Shown here piece after piece: positions 1 through 9,498 of a DNA stretch of 64,000 nt (position 1 is its first letter; each line of letters begins with the position of its first letter). The translations under genes were made by a program, and so were the position numbers. The stretch is from Pseudomonadota bacterium (GTDB lineage: Bacteria > Bdellovibrionota_G > JALEGL01 > DATDPG01). The stretch lies in NCBI GenBank assembly GCA_043809315.1, contig JAZDDX010000020.1, positions 72,031-136,030 of the forward strand. Reading direction: 5' to 3'. The notes under the pieces are model-generated. The model was not told the DNA's origin and made no database searches. It was given only the letters and a program-made list of their open reading frames with translations.

Positions 1-228
1 GAAGGGATGCCGGTCGTGCGACGGCTCGATCTCTCCCCGCCGGTCGGAACAACCGTCAGCCTGATCCCGTTCTCCCGCTGTACCGGCGTCACGCTCCGCG
101 GCTTCCGATACCCGCTTCGGGGCGCGACCTTGAGCTACGGGTCGCTCGCCGTTAGTAACATGAGCGAATCGAGACGCTGCTCCATCTCCCTCCGCTCCGG
201 AAAACTCCTCGCGATCGTCCTCCGATGA
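1..228 (+). CDS. thiN: Thiamine pyrophosphokinase, C-terminal part (5'-truncated by the window edge)
   Basis: VSLIP..CTGVTLRGFRYPL...LSYGSLAVSN...ISLRSGKLL resembles the thiamine-binding domain of TPK. Its stop overlaps the next ATG (ATGA). Confidence 0.7.
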   Translation, partial: EGMPVVRRLDLSPPVGTTVSLIPFSRCTGVTLRGFRYPLRGATLSYGSLAVSNMSESRRCSISLRSGKLLAIVLR

Positions 229-1601
229 CGATCTCCCTGTCCTCCGCCGATCTCGCGATCATCGCGGGGTATTTCGTCGCCGTTCTCGTCATCGGCTTCG
301 TCTCGAGCCGCCGCCGCCCCGACGCGGTGGAATTTTTATTGGCCGGACGGTCGCTGACCCTCCCGATCTTCGTCATGACGCTCGTGTCGTCCTTCTATGG
401 CGGAATCCTCGGCGTCGGCGAGTATTCGTACCTCTACGGGATCTCGAACTGGGTGACGCAGGGGATGCCGTACTACTTCTTCGCGGCCCTCTTCGCCTTC
501 CTCCTGGCCGACCGCGTGCGGCGGACGAACCTCATGACGATCCCGGACAAGCTCGAGCAGTCGTACGACAAGAAGACCGCCGTCTTGGGATCGTTCCTGA
601 CGTTCATCCTGATGACCCCGGCCCCCTACATTCTGATGCTGGCGGTCCTGATGCAGCTGTTCACCGGATGGAGTCTCTCCTTCTGCCTCATCGCCGGGAC
701 CGTCGCGACCACCGCCTACCTCTTCACCGGAGGGTTCCGATCGGACGTGAACACGAACGTCTTGGAATTCATCCTGATGTTCGGCGGTTTTTCTCTGATT
801 CTGCCGTTCGCGCACGCGAAGTTCGGGGGACTCTCGTTTCTGACGAGCCACGTCCCGGCAGAGCACCTGACCTGGACCGGCGGGAATTCGATCCAGTTCG
901 TGATCGTCTGGTTCTTCATTGCGCTCTGGACGTTCGTCGACCCGAGCTTCCACCAACGCTGCTACGCCGCGCGCTCCGGCTCCGTCGCTCGTAACGGAAT
1001 CCTGATCTCGATCCTCTTCTGGTTCGTTTTCGACGGCATGACCTCGATCGCAGGCCTTTACGCCCGCGCGGCGCTTCCGAACCTCAGGGAGCCGATGATG
1101 TCGTATCCGTTGCTCGCCGAGCTGACGCTTCCGTCGGTGGCAAAGGGGTTCTTCTATGTGGGGATGCTGGCGACGATCATGTCGACGCTCAACACGCAGG
1201 CGTTCCTGGCGGCGCAAACCCTGGGCCGGGACGTCTATTGGAGGATCCGGAAGAAGGACGAGAGGTGCGTGACTCGGTACACGCGCTGGGGTCTACTGAT
1301 CACCGGCGTCCTCTCGATCTCGATCTCCTGGTGGATCCCTTCGGTCGTCCGGATCTGGTACACGATCGGAACCGTCATCATCCCGGGCCTCCTCGTGCCG
1401 CTCGTGACGAGTTACTTCGATCCGCTCAAGATTCCGGCCTCCTACGCCTTCGCGACGATGCTCTCGGGATGGTTGGTCTCCTTAGGATGGTTCCTCGCGC
1501 GACAGTTCTACCCTCTCCCGATCGAGCCGATGTATCCGGGATTGGCCGTTAGTTTATTGATCTGGTTCGTCGGTTGGCTGCGTCACCACCGGTTCCGGTG
1601 A
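225..1601 (+). CDS. Sodium:solute symporter (SSS) family transporter
   Basis: 458 aa with about 13 hydrophobic segments. SSS-type motifs FLLAGRSL, TIPD.LE..Y, QRCYAARS, ATIMSTLN. Confidence 0.9.
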   Translation: MTISLSSADLAIIAGYFVAVLVIGFVSSRRRPDAVEFLLAGRSLTLPIFVMTLVSSFYGGILGVGEYSYLYGISNWVTQGMPYYFFAALFAFLLADRVRRTNLMTIPDKLEQSYDKKTAVLGSFLTFILMTPAPYILMLAVLMQLFTGWSLSFCLIAGTVATTAYLFTGGFRSDVNTNVLEFILMFGGFSLILPFAHAKFGGLSFLTSHVPAEHLTWTGGNSIQFVIVWFFIALWTFVDPSFHQRCYAARSGSVARNGILISILFWFVFDGMTSIAGLYARAALPNLREPMMSYPLLAELTLPSVAKGFFYVGMLATIMSTLNTQAFLAAQTLGRDVYWRIRKKDERCVTRYTRWGLLITGVLSISISWWIPSVVRIWYTIGTVIIPGLLVPLVTSYFDPLKIPASYAFATMLSGWLVSLGWFLARQFYPLPIEPMYPGLAVSLLIWFVGWLRHHRFR

Positions 1602-2092
1602 ACGCGGGTTGCGTCGTATCGATCGAGTCGCTGCGCCGGTTCGGCGGGATGACCGACCGCCACCAGCGCGAACGGAACGATCCCCTCCGGAACCCTGACC
1701 AGCTCCCGCATCTTCTGAATCCGTTCCGCCTTCGGATAGATCCCGAGCCAAACGGCGCCGAGCCCTTTCCCATGCGCCGCCAGGAGAAGGTTCTGAACGG
1801 CAGCGGAGCAGTCGAGAGGAAAATATCCCGGTCCCCGCTGCAGGTTTTCGTCCCCGCAAACAAGAATCGCCAGCGAAGCTTCGTGCAGCATCAGAGAGTA
1901 TGGATGGAACTTGGGGACTTCTTCTAAAACCGACCGATCGTCGATCACCACGAAATGCCATGGCTGCTTGTTCCCTGCGGAGGGGGCGGTCATCGCAGCA
2001 TGTAAGAGATCTTCGATGAAATTTTCGGGGACAATCCCCGGCCGATACTTGCGAATGCTTCGTCGAGTAAAGATTGCGTCAAACAGCTCCAT
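1583..2092 (-). CDS. Nitroreductase family protein
   Basis: Start trimmed to MELFDAIFTRRSIRKY. Motifs APSAGNKQPWHF and NLLLAAHGKGLGAVWLG. Confidence 0.9.
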   Translation of the reverse strand: MELFDAIFTRRSIRKYRPGIVPENFIEDLLHAAMTAPSAGNKQPWHFVVIDDRSVLEEVPKFHPYSLMLHEASLAILVCGDENLQRGPGYFPLDCSAAVQNLLLAAHGKGLGAVWLGIYPKAERIQKMRELVRVPEGIVPFALVAVGHPAEPAQRLDRYDATRVHRNRW

Positions 2093-2137
2093 GAACGGAT
2101 CTTGGCAGGTCGAACGCCACCTGGCATCTTCTTCCGG

Positions 2138-3277
2138 ATGCCCCGCGCTTATCATTACGTCATCTGGTTGAGCGTCATCGCGGCGATCACAGCCGGGATG
2201 CACGTCTATATCCGCTGGCGACTCGTCGTCGCGACCGACATGGCCCGTCCGTGGCGATCCATTTTCACGATCCTCTTGATCGTCCTCGCAGCCTCGTTCC
2301 CGCTTACATTCTTCGCCAACCGGGTCTTCCCGCCGTTTTGGCGCGAGATCGTTCTGGCGATCGGCTTCACCTGGCTGGGAATCTCGTTTCTCCTCTTCGC
2401 GGGGCATCTCGCGGTTGAGCTTCCCCGCCTCTTCTTTGGGCCTGCCGGTTCTACGGTTTCGCGGTCGATCACCTGGAGCACGACCGGAGCCGTTTTCATC
2501 CTCTCCGTTTTCAGTGTTTGGAACGCCATTCGCGAACCGGCGATGACTCATCTCCGAATCACGCTCCCGTACCTTCCGAAGAGCCTCTCGGGGACGACGA
2601 TCTTACAAATCAGCGACATTCATGCGGGAGGACTGATCCCGAAATACCGGATCCGAGAAATCCTCCGAAATGCGAAAGAACTGAAACCGGATCTCGTCGC
2701 GATCACCGGAGATCTCGTGGATGGCAGCGCCGCCTACCATGCCGAAACCCTCTCCATGATCGGTGAACTCAAGGCGAAGTACGGCGTCTACTTCGTGACG
2801 GGGAACCACGAATACTACTCCGGGGTCGAGGAGTGGTTGTCGTTCTTGAAGAACCTCGGCGTCCGGGTTCTTCGAAACGAGCGGGTCGCCATCGGGACGA
2901 AAGAAGCGAGCTTCGACCTCGCCGGCGTTGACGACCCGACCGGCCGGATGGCGCCGGGGCACGGGACCGACATCCCGAAAGCAATGCAGGGAAGAGATCC
3001 CGGCCGTGCCGTCGTTCTCCTGTCGCACAATCCGATCCAGGTTTTCGAAGCGGCGAAATACGACGTCGGGCTGGTTCTTTCCGGCCATACACACAACGGC
3101 CAGATCTGGCCGTTCAACTATCTCGTCAAGATTCATCACCCGCATATCACGGGGGTACATCACGTCGGGAACACAGAACTCTACATCAGCCAGGGAACCG
3201 GTTTCTGGGGTCCCCCGATGAGGTTTCTAACTCGCGGCGAGATGACGCTAGTCGAGTTGGTTTCGCCAACTATATAA
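2138..3277 (+). CDS. Membrane-anchored metallophosphoesterase (YkuE/YaeI-like)
   Basis: N-terminal TM helices, then the calcineurin-like motifs SDIH, TGDLVD, GNHE, SHNP, GHTH. Confidence 0.9.
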   Translation: MPRAYHYVIWLSVIAAITAGMHVYIRWRLVVATDMARPWRSIFTILLIVLAASFPLTFFANRVFPPFWREIVLAIGFTWLGISFLLFAGHLAVELPRLFFGPAGSTVSRSITWSTTGAVFILSVFSVWNAIREPAMTHLRITLPYLPKSLSGTTILQISDIHAGGLIPKYRIREILRNAKELKPDLVAITGDLVDGSAAYHAETLSMIGELKAKYGVYFVTGNHEYYSGVEEWLSFLKNLGVRVLRNERVAIGTKEASFDLAGVDDPTGRMAPGHGTDIPKAMQGRDPGRAVVLLSHNPIQVFEAAKYDVGLVLSGHTHNGQIWPFNYLVKIHHPHITGVHHVGNTELYISQGTGFWGPPMRFLTRGEMTLVELVSPTI

Positions 3278-3310
3278 AAAACAAGGGCGGGGCCGTTTCC
3301 GACCCCGCCC
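3276..3310 (-). terminator. Intrinsic terminator downstream of the RRM gene
   Basis: The minus strand reads GGGCGGGGTCG-GAAA-CGGCCCCGCCC-TTGTTTTTT: an 11-bp stem, GAAA loop and U-tract between convergent genes. Confidence 0.85.
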
Positions 3311-3334
3311 CGTCTTTAAGACTACTAGCGAAGA

Positions 3335-3685
3335 CTAGCGATTGTAACGATAGTCGCCGCGGTCGCTGCCGCCACGCCCACCGCGTTCGCCGCCCCGGCC
3401 ACCGCCGAAGCCACCACGGCTTCCGCCGTCGCGGGTCTGCTCGCGAGCTTCATTCACAACGATCGCGCGCCCATTGACTTCTTTGCCGTTGAGCTCGTTG
3501 ATCGCCGCCGTGGCATCCTGCTCGGACTCGAACTCCACGAAGCCGAAACCCCGGGAACGCCCGGTGTCACGATCCGTGATGATCTGCGTGCGCGCAACTG
3601 TGCGCCCGTTGGCCCCGAACAGCTCCTGAAGCGTTGACTCCTGAGCGTCAAAGGAAAGATTACCTACATACAGTCTCTTTTTCAC
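3335..3685 (-). CDS. RRM (RNP-1) RNA-binding protein with Gly/Arg-rich tail
   Basis: RNP2 LYVGNL, RNP1 RGFGFVEF, RGG-rich C-terminus. Confidence 0.95.
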   Translation of the reverse strand: MKKRLYVGNLSFDAQESTLQELFGANGRTVARTQIITDRDTGRSRGFGFVEFESEQDATAAINELNGKEVNGRAIVVNEAREQTRDGGSRGGFGGGRGGERGGRGGSDRGDYRYNR

Positions 3686-3863
3686 AAACTATCCCTATAC
3701 CCCCGGTTTATTGGTTTTTGACTAGTTTCACTGTTTTGGGAGCGCGAAAAACGTAACGATCAACCGGGCAAAGAATCGATAGACGCGAACCAACAAAACA
3801 TACTGACGCGGGGAACCTAGCCTATCCTGCCTCTCAAAGTAAAGGAGTATTTCGCAAACGCGT

Positions 3864-4814
3864 CTAAGATACCCGTAATACTATCTTTCCCCGCGTGTGA
3901 AGCGTTTCCAGGGCTGCGTGAGCTTTGGCCGCTTCCTCGAGACGATACTCCTGCAAGGCAGGGGATCGAATCGCCCCCTTTTGGATCAGGTCCGCGATTT
4001 CTTTGAGTTGAGACCCATTCGGTCGGACGAAAGTATAGGTGCCGGTGACGCCGTACTTCTTGTCCAACTCCGGATCGAGCTGGGTGGCGATCGTGTTGAT
4101 CCTTCCCCCCTTCTTGAGACAGGGGTAGCTCTTCGAAAATACGTCCCCCCCGACACAGTCGTACACCGCATCGACACCGTCCGGGTAGATCTCCCGAAGG
4201 GGGGTGGCAAAGTCGCCTTTGGTGTAGTCGATCGCATGTTCCGCCCCGAGTTCCCTCACATACCCGTGGTTTTTCGAGCTTGCGGTGGTCACGACCTGGG
4301 CCCCGGCCCAGCGGGCGAACTGGATCGCGAAGCTCCCGACCCCCCCCGCCCCGGCATGGATCAGAATCGATTCCCGTTTCTTCAGGTGAATCGCCTCGAA
4401 TAGGGACTGCCATGCGGTCAACGCCGCCAAGGGAACCGCCGCCGCATCCCGGAAGCTCAGGTTCTTCGGCTTGCGGGCCGGAAAATCGTGTGGGACGGCT
4501 ACATATTCCGCATACGTCCCCCACTGAATCGTCGGCTTCCGGCAGTACGAGTAGACTTCGTCCCCCTCCCGCCATTTGGTGACGTTCTTCCCGCACTTCG
4601 CGATCGTTCCCGCGGCGTCCCAACCCGGGATCAACGGAAACTCGCAGGGAAGACGCTTCGCCAGCATCCCGACACGGATCTTCCAGTCGACCGGGTTCAC
4701 CCCGGCGTAGGCGACCTTGATCAGGACCTCGTCGTCCCCCGGGACCGGCGTCGGGACCTCTTTGAGTTTCAGGACATCCCCTTTTCCGAACTTGTCGATG
4801 GCAATCGCTCGCAT
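3864..4814 (-). CDS. NADP-dependent oxidoreductase (MDR / quinone oxidoreductase-like)
   Basis: AGVNPVDWK, PGWDAAG, HAGAGGVGSFAIQ, GKIVL. Start trimmed to MRAIAID. Confidence 0.9.
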   Translation of the reverse strand: MRAIAIDKFGKGDVLKLKEVPTPVPGDDEVLIKVAYAGVNPVDWKIRVGMLAKRLPCEFPLIPGWDAAGTIAKCGKNVTKWREGDEVYSYCRKPTIQWGTYAEYVAVPHDFPARKPKNLSFRDAAAVPLAALTAWQSLFEAIHLKKRESILIHAGAGGVGSFAIQFARWAGAQVVTTASSKNHGYVRELGAEHAIDYTKGDFATPLREIYPDGVDAVYDCVGGDVFSKSYPCLKKGGRINTIATQLDPELDKKYGVTGTYTFVRPNGSQLKEIADLIQKGAIRSPALQEYRLEEAAKAHAALETLHTRGKIVLRVS

Positions 4815-4868
4815 GGGGGAGGCGTTACCACAACTCAAACGGGAAAACCAAGGGGTGGCGAACGGCTG

Positions 4869-5807
4869 TCACCCCTTTCGAGTTTGGATGATCTCGGCGG
4901 CGATGCTAACGGCGATCTCCCCCGGTGTCTGGCTTCCGATCGGAAGACCGATCGGCATCCGGACGCGATCGATCAACGCTCTCGGATATCCTTCGGAGAG
5001 CAGATTCTTCGAAACTTCGAAAACCTTCCGACGGCTCCCCATCAACCCAAGGTACCGGAACTTTTTCCGGATCAGTTGCCGCAGGACCGTTTCGTCCGCC
5101 GCATGCCCCGGCGTCATGATCGCAACGTAGTGGCGATCCCCCGAAGGAATCTCTTTCCCGATCTTTCGAAACGAAACGATCCGCTTCTCGTGCGCGCAGT
5201 CGTTTTCGATCAACGTTCCAACCGTCGGCCTCTCGTCGAGGACGACGACGTGAAACCCGAGTGTCGCCATCACCTTGGAAAGCGCAAGCCCCACATGCCC
5301 GCCCCCCACGATGAAGATCTTTTCCGGAGCCGGAATCCGCTCTTCGTACGACCACTTCGTCCCGCGAGAGGTGAAGCGGCGACGTTCTTGACCCCCTCCC
5401 GATCGCCGGAACGAAATCCGATCGGCCGAGAGCCGGAGCGTTCCCCCCGTTCCGTTCTGCGCGCTTTTAGCAAGCGACTTCAAAGCCGTTCGGTCGGCGG
5501 CACGGATCGGACAGATCGCCATCGTCTGCTCGCCACCGCAGATCATCCCGGACTTCTGGTCACTCTCCAGGCGATGGACTTTGCGTCGGACCACGGACCG
5601 GGGCGTGCGGCTCCGAAGAAGAGCCCGCGCCTCCTCCACCAGATCATGCTCGACTTTTCCCCCGCCGATCGTCCCGAAAAGCGAACCGTCCGAGGAAACC
5701 GCCATCTTGAAGCCGGTCCGCCCCGGCGTCTCGCCACGCGCATCGACCACCGTCAGCAGCGCGACGCGCTTCCGGGGGAGGAGGAAGCTCCAGATCTCTT
5801 TCTTCAT
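4869..5807 (-). CDS. xdhC: XdhC/CoxI family molybdoenzyme maturation factor
   Basis: GTIGGG, GMICGG, GGGHVG, YLGLMGS, PIGLPIGSQTPGEIAVSIAAEII. Coupled to xdhB. Start trimmed to MKKEIW. Confidence 0.88.
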   Translation of the reverse strand: MKKEIWSFLLPRKRVALLTVVDARGETPGRTGFKMAVSSDGSLFGTIGGGKVEHDLVEEARALLRSRTPRSVVRRKVHRLESDQKSGMICGGEQTMAICPIRAADRTALKSLAKSAQNGTGGTLRLSADRISFRRSGGGQERRRFTSRGTKWSYEERIPAPEKIFIVGGGHVGLALSKVMATLGFHVVVLDERPTVGTLIENDCAHEKRIVSFRKIGKEIPSGDRHYVAIMTPGHAADETVLRQLIRKKFRYLGLMGSRRKVFEVSKNLLSEGYPRALIDRVRMPIGLPIGSQTPGEIAVSIAAEIIQTRKG

Positions 5808-8056
5808 CGCCCGGTCGCCGTTAACGTCATGAGGATCCGCTCCGACGTGAGCGGCGCGTGAAAGAACGGTTCGAGACCGGGCCGGAACGCTCGCAGGGCG
5901 TTCAACGCCGCGAAATAGGTTCCGATCCCGTACATGAACGGCGGCTCCCCGATCGCCTTCGCCCCGACCACGCCGACCGGAGCATGCGGCCCCTCGGCGA
6001 AGCGGAATTCGACGTCGGCTGGAGCGGCGTACAGATCGGGGACTTTGTACGTCGTCAGCGTGTCGGTCACGATTTTCCCGGTCGGATCGTGCAGGATCTC
6101 CTCCATCGTCATCCACCCGATCCCTTGGATCAGCGCCCCTTCCGCCTGCCCCCGGTCGATCGTTCGATCGAGGCTCTTTCCCACGTCATGAATTGCCCGG
6201 ACGGCATCGACCCGGAGCGTCCCGCGGAGACCGTCGATCGTCACCTCGGTCACCGCCGTGCCGGTCGCGTGGTAGGCGAACGGTTCCCCCTTCTCGGTTT
6301 TCTTATCGAAATGGATATCCGGGGTGACGTAATGGGCCTGCGCGGAAAGGCTGACCCTGCTTGCGTAGGCGGATCCGACCAGCTTTTTCCAGTCCCACTC
6401 CGTCTTGCGCCCGTTCGCACAGACCCAACCGTCGCGGACGAGCACATCGCCGGAACCGGTCACCTTCGCGGCGACCTCCTTCAGTCGCCCGAGAACCTGC
6501 AAACAGGCGAGGCGCGTGGCGTTCCCGTTCAGATCGGCGCTACTGCTCGCGGCGGTCGGGGAGGTGTTGGCGACCCGGGCGGTGCTGGTGCTCTCGATGC
6601 GGACCAGCTCCGGATCGATCGACAGCGTTTCCGCCGCGACGAGCTGGATCTTCGCATTGACCCCCTGCCCCATCTCGACCGCCCCGGTCGAAACGCCGAC
6701 GCTCCCGTCGGCATAGACGTGAACCAAGGAACTCGCCTGATTCAGCATCGTGTTGGTAAAAGAGATCCCGAAGCAGACCGGCTGGAGCGCCAGCCCCTTC
6801 TTTTCCATCCGGTGGCTCGCGTTGAACTCCGCGATCCGCGCCCGCCAGGCCTCGATGTCGAACAGCCGCTCCGCCTCTTCGTAGCTCTTGAGAAGCGGCC
6901 GGCTCTGGAACCGCTGGCCGTACGGGAACGAATCCCCCTCCTTGAGGAGGTTCTTTTTCTGGATCACCGAGGGATCGACCTGGAGTTCCCGCGCCGCTTG
7001 AAAGATCGCGGACTCCAGGACAAACATCGCTTGAGGTCCTCCGAACCCCCGGAACGCCGTGTTCGGAGGAAGATTCGTCCGGCAGCTCGCGGCGGTGGCT
7101 TTGACGTTCGGGATGAAATAACTGTTCGTGCAATGGAACAGGGTCCGCTCCAGGATCGCGGTCGAGAGATCGGCGGCGGCCCCGGCGTTCTGATAGAAGA
7201 ATGGCTCGTACGCCACGATCGTTCCGTCCGCTTTAAGACCGATCCGGAAATCGGATGAGTACGGATGGCGTTTCCCGGTCCAGCGAACATCCTCGCTCCG
7301 GCGGAGAACCAATTTGACCGGCCGGTCGAGTTTCCGGGCCGCCAACGCAGCGAGAGCCGCCCAAGCGGTCGCCTGATCTTCTTTGCCTCCAAAGCCACCG
7401 CCGAGGCGTCGAACATCGACCTCCACTTTGTGCATCGGGAGGCCCATCACCTTCGAAACCGTTCGCTGAACGGTGGTCGGTGACTGCGTAGCGGACAAGA
7501 TCCGCAATCCGCCCCCCTCCACCGGAATCGCCATCGCACCCTGAGTTTCCAGGTAGATATGCTCCTGAGCCCCGGAATCGGCCCGGCCGGTGATCACGAC
7601 GTCGCACGTGTCCCAAGCCTTCCCGATGTCGCCGAGCTCGAACGTTCTCTGCGGCGCGATCAACTCCCCCTTTGCATACGCCTCCCGCGGATCGAAAACG
7701 GCCGGGAGCGGATCGATCTTCATCTTGACGGTGCGGGCCGCTCTTCGGGCCACCGAATCCTCCCGGGCCACGACCAGAGCCACCGGCTGCCCCACGTAAT
7801 CGACGATGGCGTCGGCCAAGAGAGGTTCATCCTGGATGATTCCGCCGATCTGGTTTTCCCCCGGGATCTCTTTCGACGTGAAGACCGCCACGACGCCGTC
7901 GGCCTTTTTTGCGGCTGAGGTGTCGATCGAGCGAAGGTGTCCGTGCGCGACCGGCGAAGGGACGACCGCCGCATAGAGAAGACCGGATGGGAGCGGTTCG
8001 TCGTCGACGAAACGGGATTCGCCCCGAACGTGAAGGATGGTGTCGCGGTTCTTCAC
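5804..8056 (-). CDS. xdhB: Xanthine dehydrogenase molybdopterin-binding subunit
   Basis: QEHIYLETQ, RRLGGGFGGKE, TAFRGFGGPQ, EMGQG, and KAIGEPP (catalytic Glu). Confidence 0.93.
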   Translation of the reverse strand: MKNRDTILHVRGESRFVDDEPLPSGLLYAAVVPSPVAHGHLRSIDTSAAKKADGVVAVFTSKEIPGENQIGGIIQDEPLLADAIVDYVGQPVALVVAREDSVARRAARTVKMKIDPLPAVFDPREAYAKGELIAPQRTFELGDIGKAWDTCDVVITGRADSGAQEHIYLETQGAMAIPVEGGGLRILSATQSPTTVQRTVSKVMGLPMHKVEVDVRRLGGGFGGKEDQATAWAALAALAARKLDRPVKLVLRRSEDVRWTGKRHPYSSDFRIGLKADGTIVAYEPFFYQNAGAAADLSTAILERTLFHCTNSYFIPNVKATAASCRTNLPPNTAFRGFGGPQAMFVLESAIFQAARELQVDPSVIQKKNLLKEGDSFPYGQRFQSRPLLKSYEEAERLFDIEAWRARIAEFNASHRMEKKGLALQPVCFGISFTNTMLNQASSLVHVYADGSVGVSTGAVEMGQGVNAKIQLVAAETLSIDPELVRIESTSTARVANTSPTAASSSADLNGNATRLACLQVLGRLKEVAAKVTGSGDVLVRDGWVCANGRKTEWDWKKLVGSAYASRVSLSAQAHYVTPDIHFDKKTEKGEPFAYHATGTAVTEVTIDGLRGTLRVDAVRAIHDVGKSLDRTIDRGQAEGALIQGIGWMTMEEILHDPTGKIVTDTLTTYKVPDLYAAPADVEFRFAEGPHAPVGVVGAKAIGEPPFMYGIGTYFAALNALRAFRPGLEPFFHAPLTSERILMTLTATGR

Positions 8057-9465
8057 GTCGTCAGTTCCTCGCCAAGCTCCGGCGCCAGTTTGAAGAAGTG
8101 GGCGGTCAGAAGTCTTCGCAACAAGGTCCGCTTGTAGTTCGCCGAGCCACGGACATCGCTGATCGGGGAGATCTCCTTTTCAGCCTGATCCAGAGCCTTC
8201 CGGAACGCGGTCGCGGTCAGCCTCTCCCCGCACAGCGCCTCGGAGGCGGTTCGGAGATAGAGCGGGATCGGCGCCACCCCGCCGGCGGAGAGGTGGATCG
8301 AGTCGATCCTCCCCTCCCAGACGACGGCCGACATCGCCGAGTTGACGCTGGCGATGTCGAGGTTGGCGCGACGGCAGACTTTTTCAAAACTGAACCGAGC
8401 CCCTTTCACCGACCTTTCAAACGAAACCTCTTTTACGATCTCGTCCGGCTTCTTCCTCAACTTTTTGTATCCGACGTAGAGATCCCGGAGTTTCATCCGG
8501 CGCTGCGCCTTCCCCCGGATCAGCGTCAGGTCGGCATCGAGAGCGAGAAGAAGGATCGTCACGTCGGCGATCGGCGATGCGTTCACGATGTTCCCCCCGA
8601 CCGTCGCCCGGTTCCGGATCGGGCGCGACGCCATCCGCTGGAACCAGTTGGAGGATTCCGGAAAGATCTTGCGAAAGATCGGAGAATCTTCGAGATCGGC
8701 CCACGGCGTCCCTCCGCCGATCACGACACGGTTGCGGACGAGGCGGATCCCTTGGAGGTCTTTCCTGCGACTCAGGAAATTCAGACGAGCGTTCAACAAC
8801 GCCTCTGGTCGTTGAACGTAGACATCGGTACCGCCGCCGATTTGTTGGACACCACGGCCGGAGGATGCACGAGCCGGCGCGGTTGGAAGCGAGCTTAGGC
8901 GCGTGGGGATTTTACTGATGTACTTAGGTATCAAGCCGGCGGAGATGAGAAGGCGGAGACGTTCGGGGGTCCCTGCTTTGGGAGGCGTTCCCAGCCCTTT
9001 GCAGATCTTCCCGACGGCCCGGCGGATCGAGACGTGACCGGTGCAGCGGCAGATGTTCCCGGCGACGGAGTCCAATCCCGACTCCGTGCTCCAATCGGGG
9101 GAGGAAAGGAGAAAACCGGCCAACGAAACGATGAAGCCGGGAGTACAGAACCCGCATTGGGTCGCCCCCTCCTCGACGAACGCCTGCTGGACCAGCGAGA
9201 GGGATTCGGAGTTCAACCCTTCGATCGTGACGACATGCCGATGTTCCACGTCCCCGAGAGGGAAAAGGCAGGAGTTGACGGCGCGATAGGAAATCCCCCC
9301 CTTGTCCGGCTCTCCGACGAGGACCATGCAGGCGCCGCAGTCCCCTTCTCGGCACCCCTCTTTCACACCGACCAGCCGTTTCTCCTGGCGCAGAAAATCG
9401 AGCAGGACCATGCCTGGCGGGAGTTCGGTCGAGATCGTCTCGTCGTTTAGGAGAAACCGAATCAT
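8053..9465 (-). CDS. xdhA: Xanthine dehydrogenase 2Fe-2S/FAD subunit
   Basis: KEGCREGDCGAC, QCGFCTPG, GNICRCTG, GGGTD, IRNRATVGGNIVNASPIAD. Start trimmed to MIRFLLN. Confidence 0.93.
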   Translation of the reverse strand: MIRFLLNDETISTELPPGMVLLDFLRQEKRLVGVKEGCREGDCGACMVLVGEPDKGGISYRAVNSCLFPLGDVEHRHVVTIEGLNSESLSLVQQAFVEEGATQCGFCTPGFIVSLAGFLLSSPDWSTESGLDSVAGNICRCTGHVSIRRAVGKICKGLGTPPKAGTPERLRLLISAGLIPKYISKIPTRLSSLPTAPARASSGRGVQQIGGGTDVYVQRPEALLNARLNFLSRRKDLQGIRLVRNRVVIGGGTPWADLEDSPIFRKIFPESSNWFQRMASRPIRNRATVGGNIVNASPIADVTILLLALDADLTLIRGKAQRRMKLRDLYVGYKKLRKKPDEIVKEVSFERSVKGARFSFEKVCRRANLDIASVNSAMSAVVWEGRIDSIHLSAGGVAPIPLYLRTASEALCGERLTATAFRKALDQAEKEISPISDVRGSANYKRTLLRRLLTAHFFKLAPELGEELTT

Positions 9466-9498
9466 TGAATTTTTGCGCGGCAAAGGATAGTACGCGCC

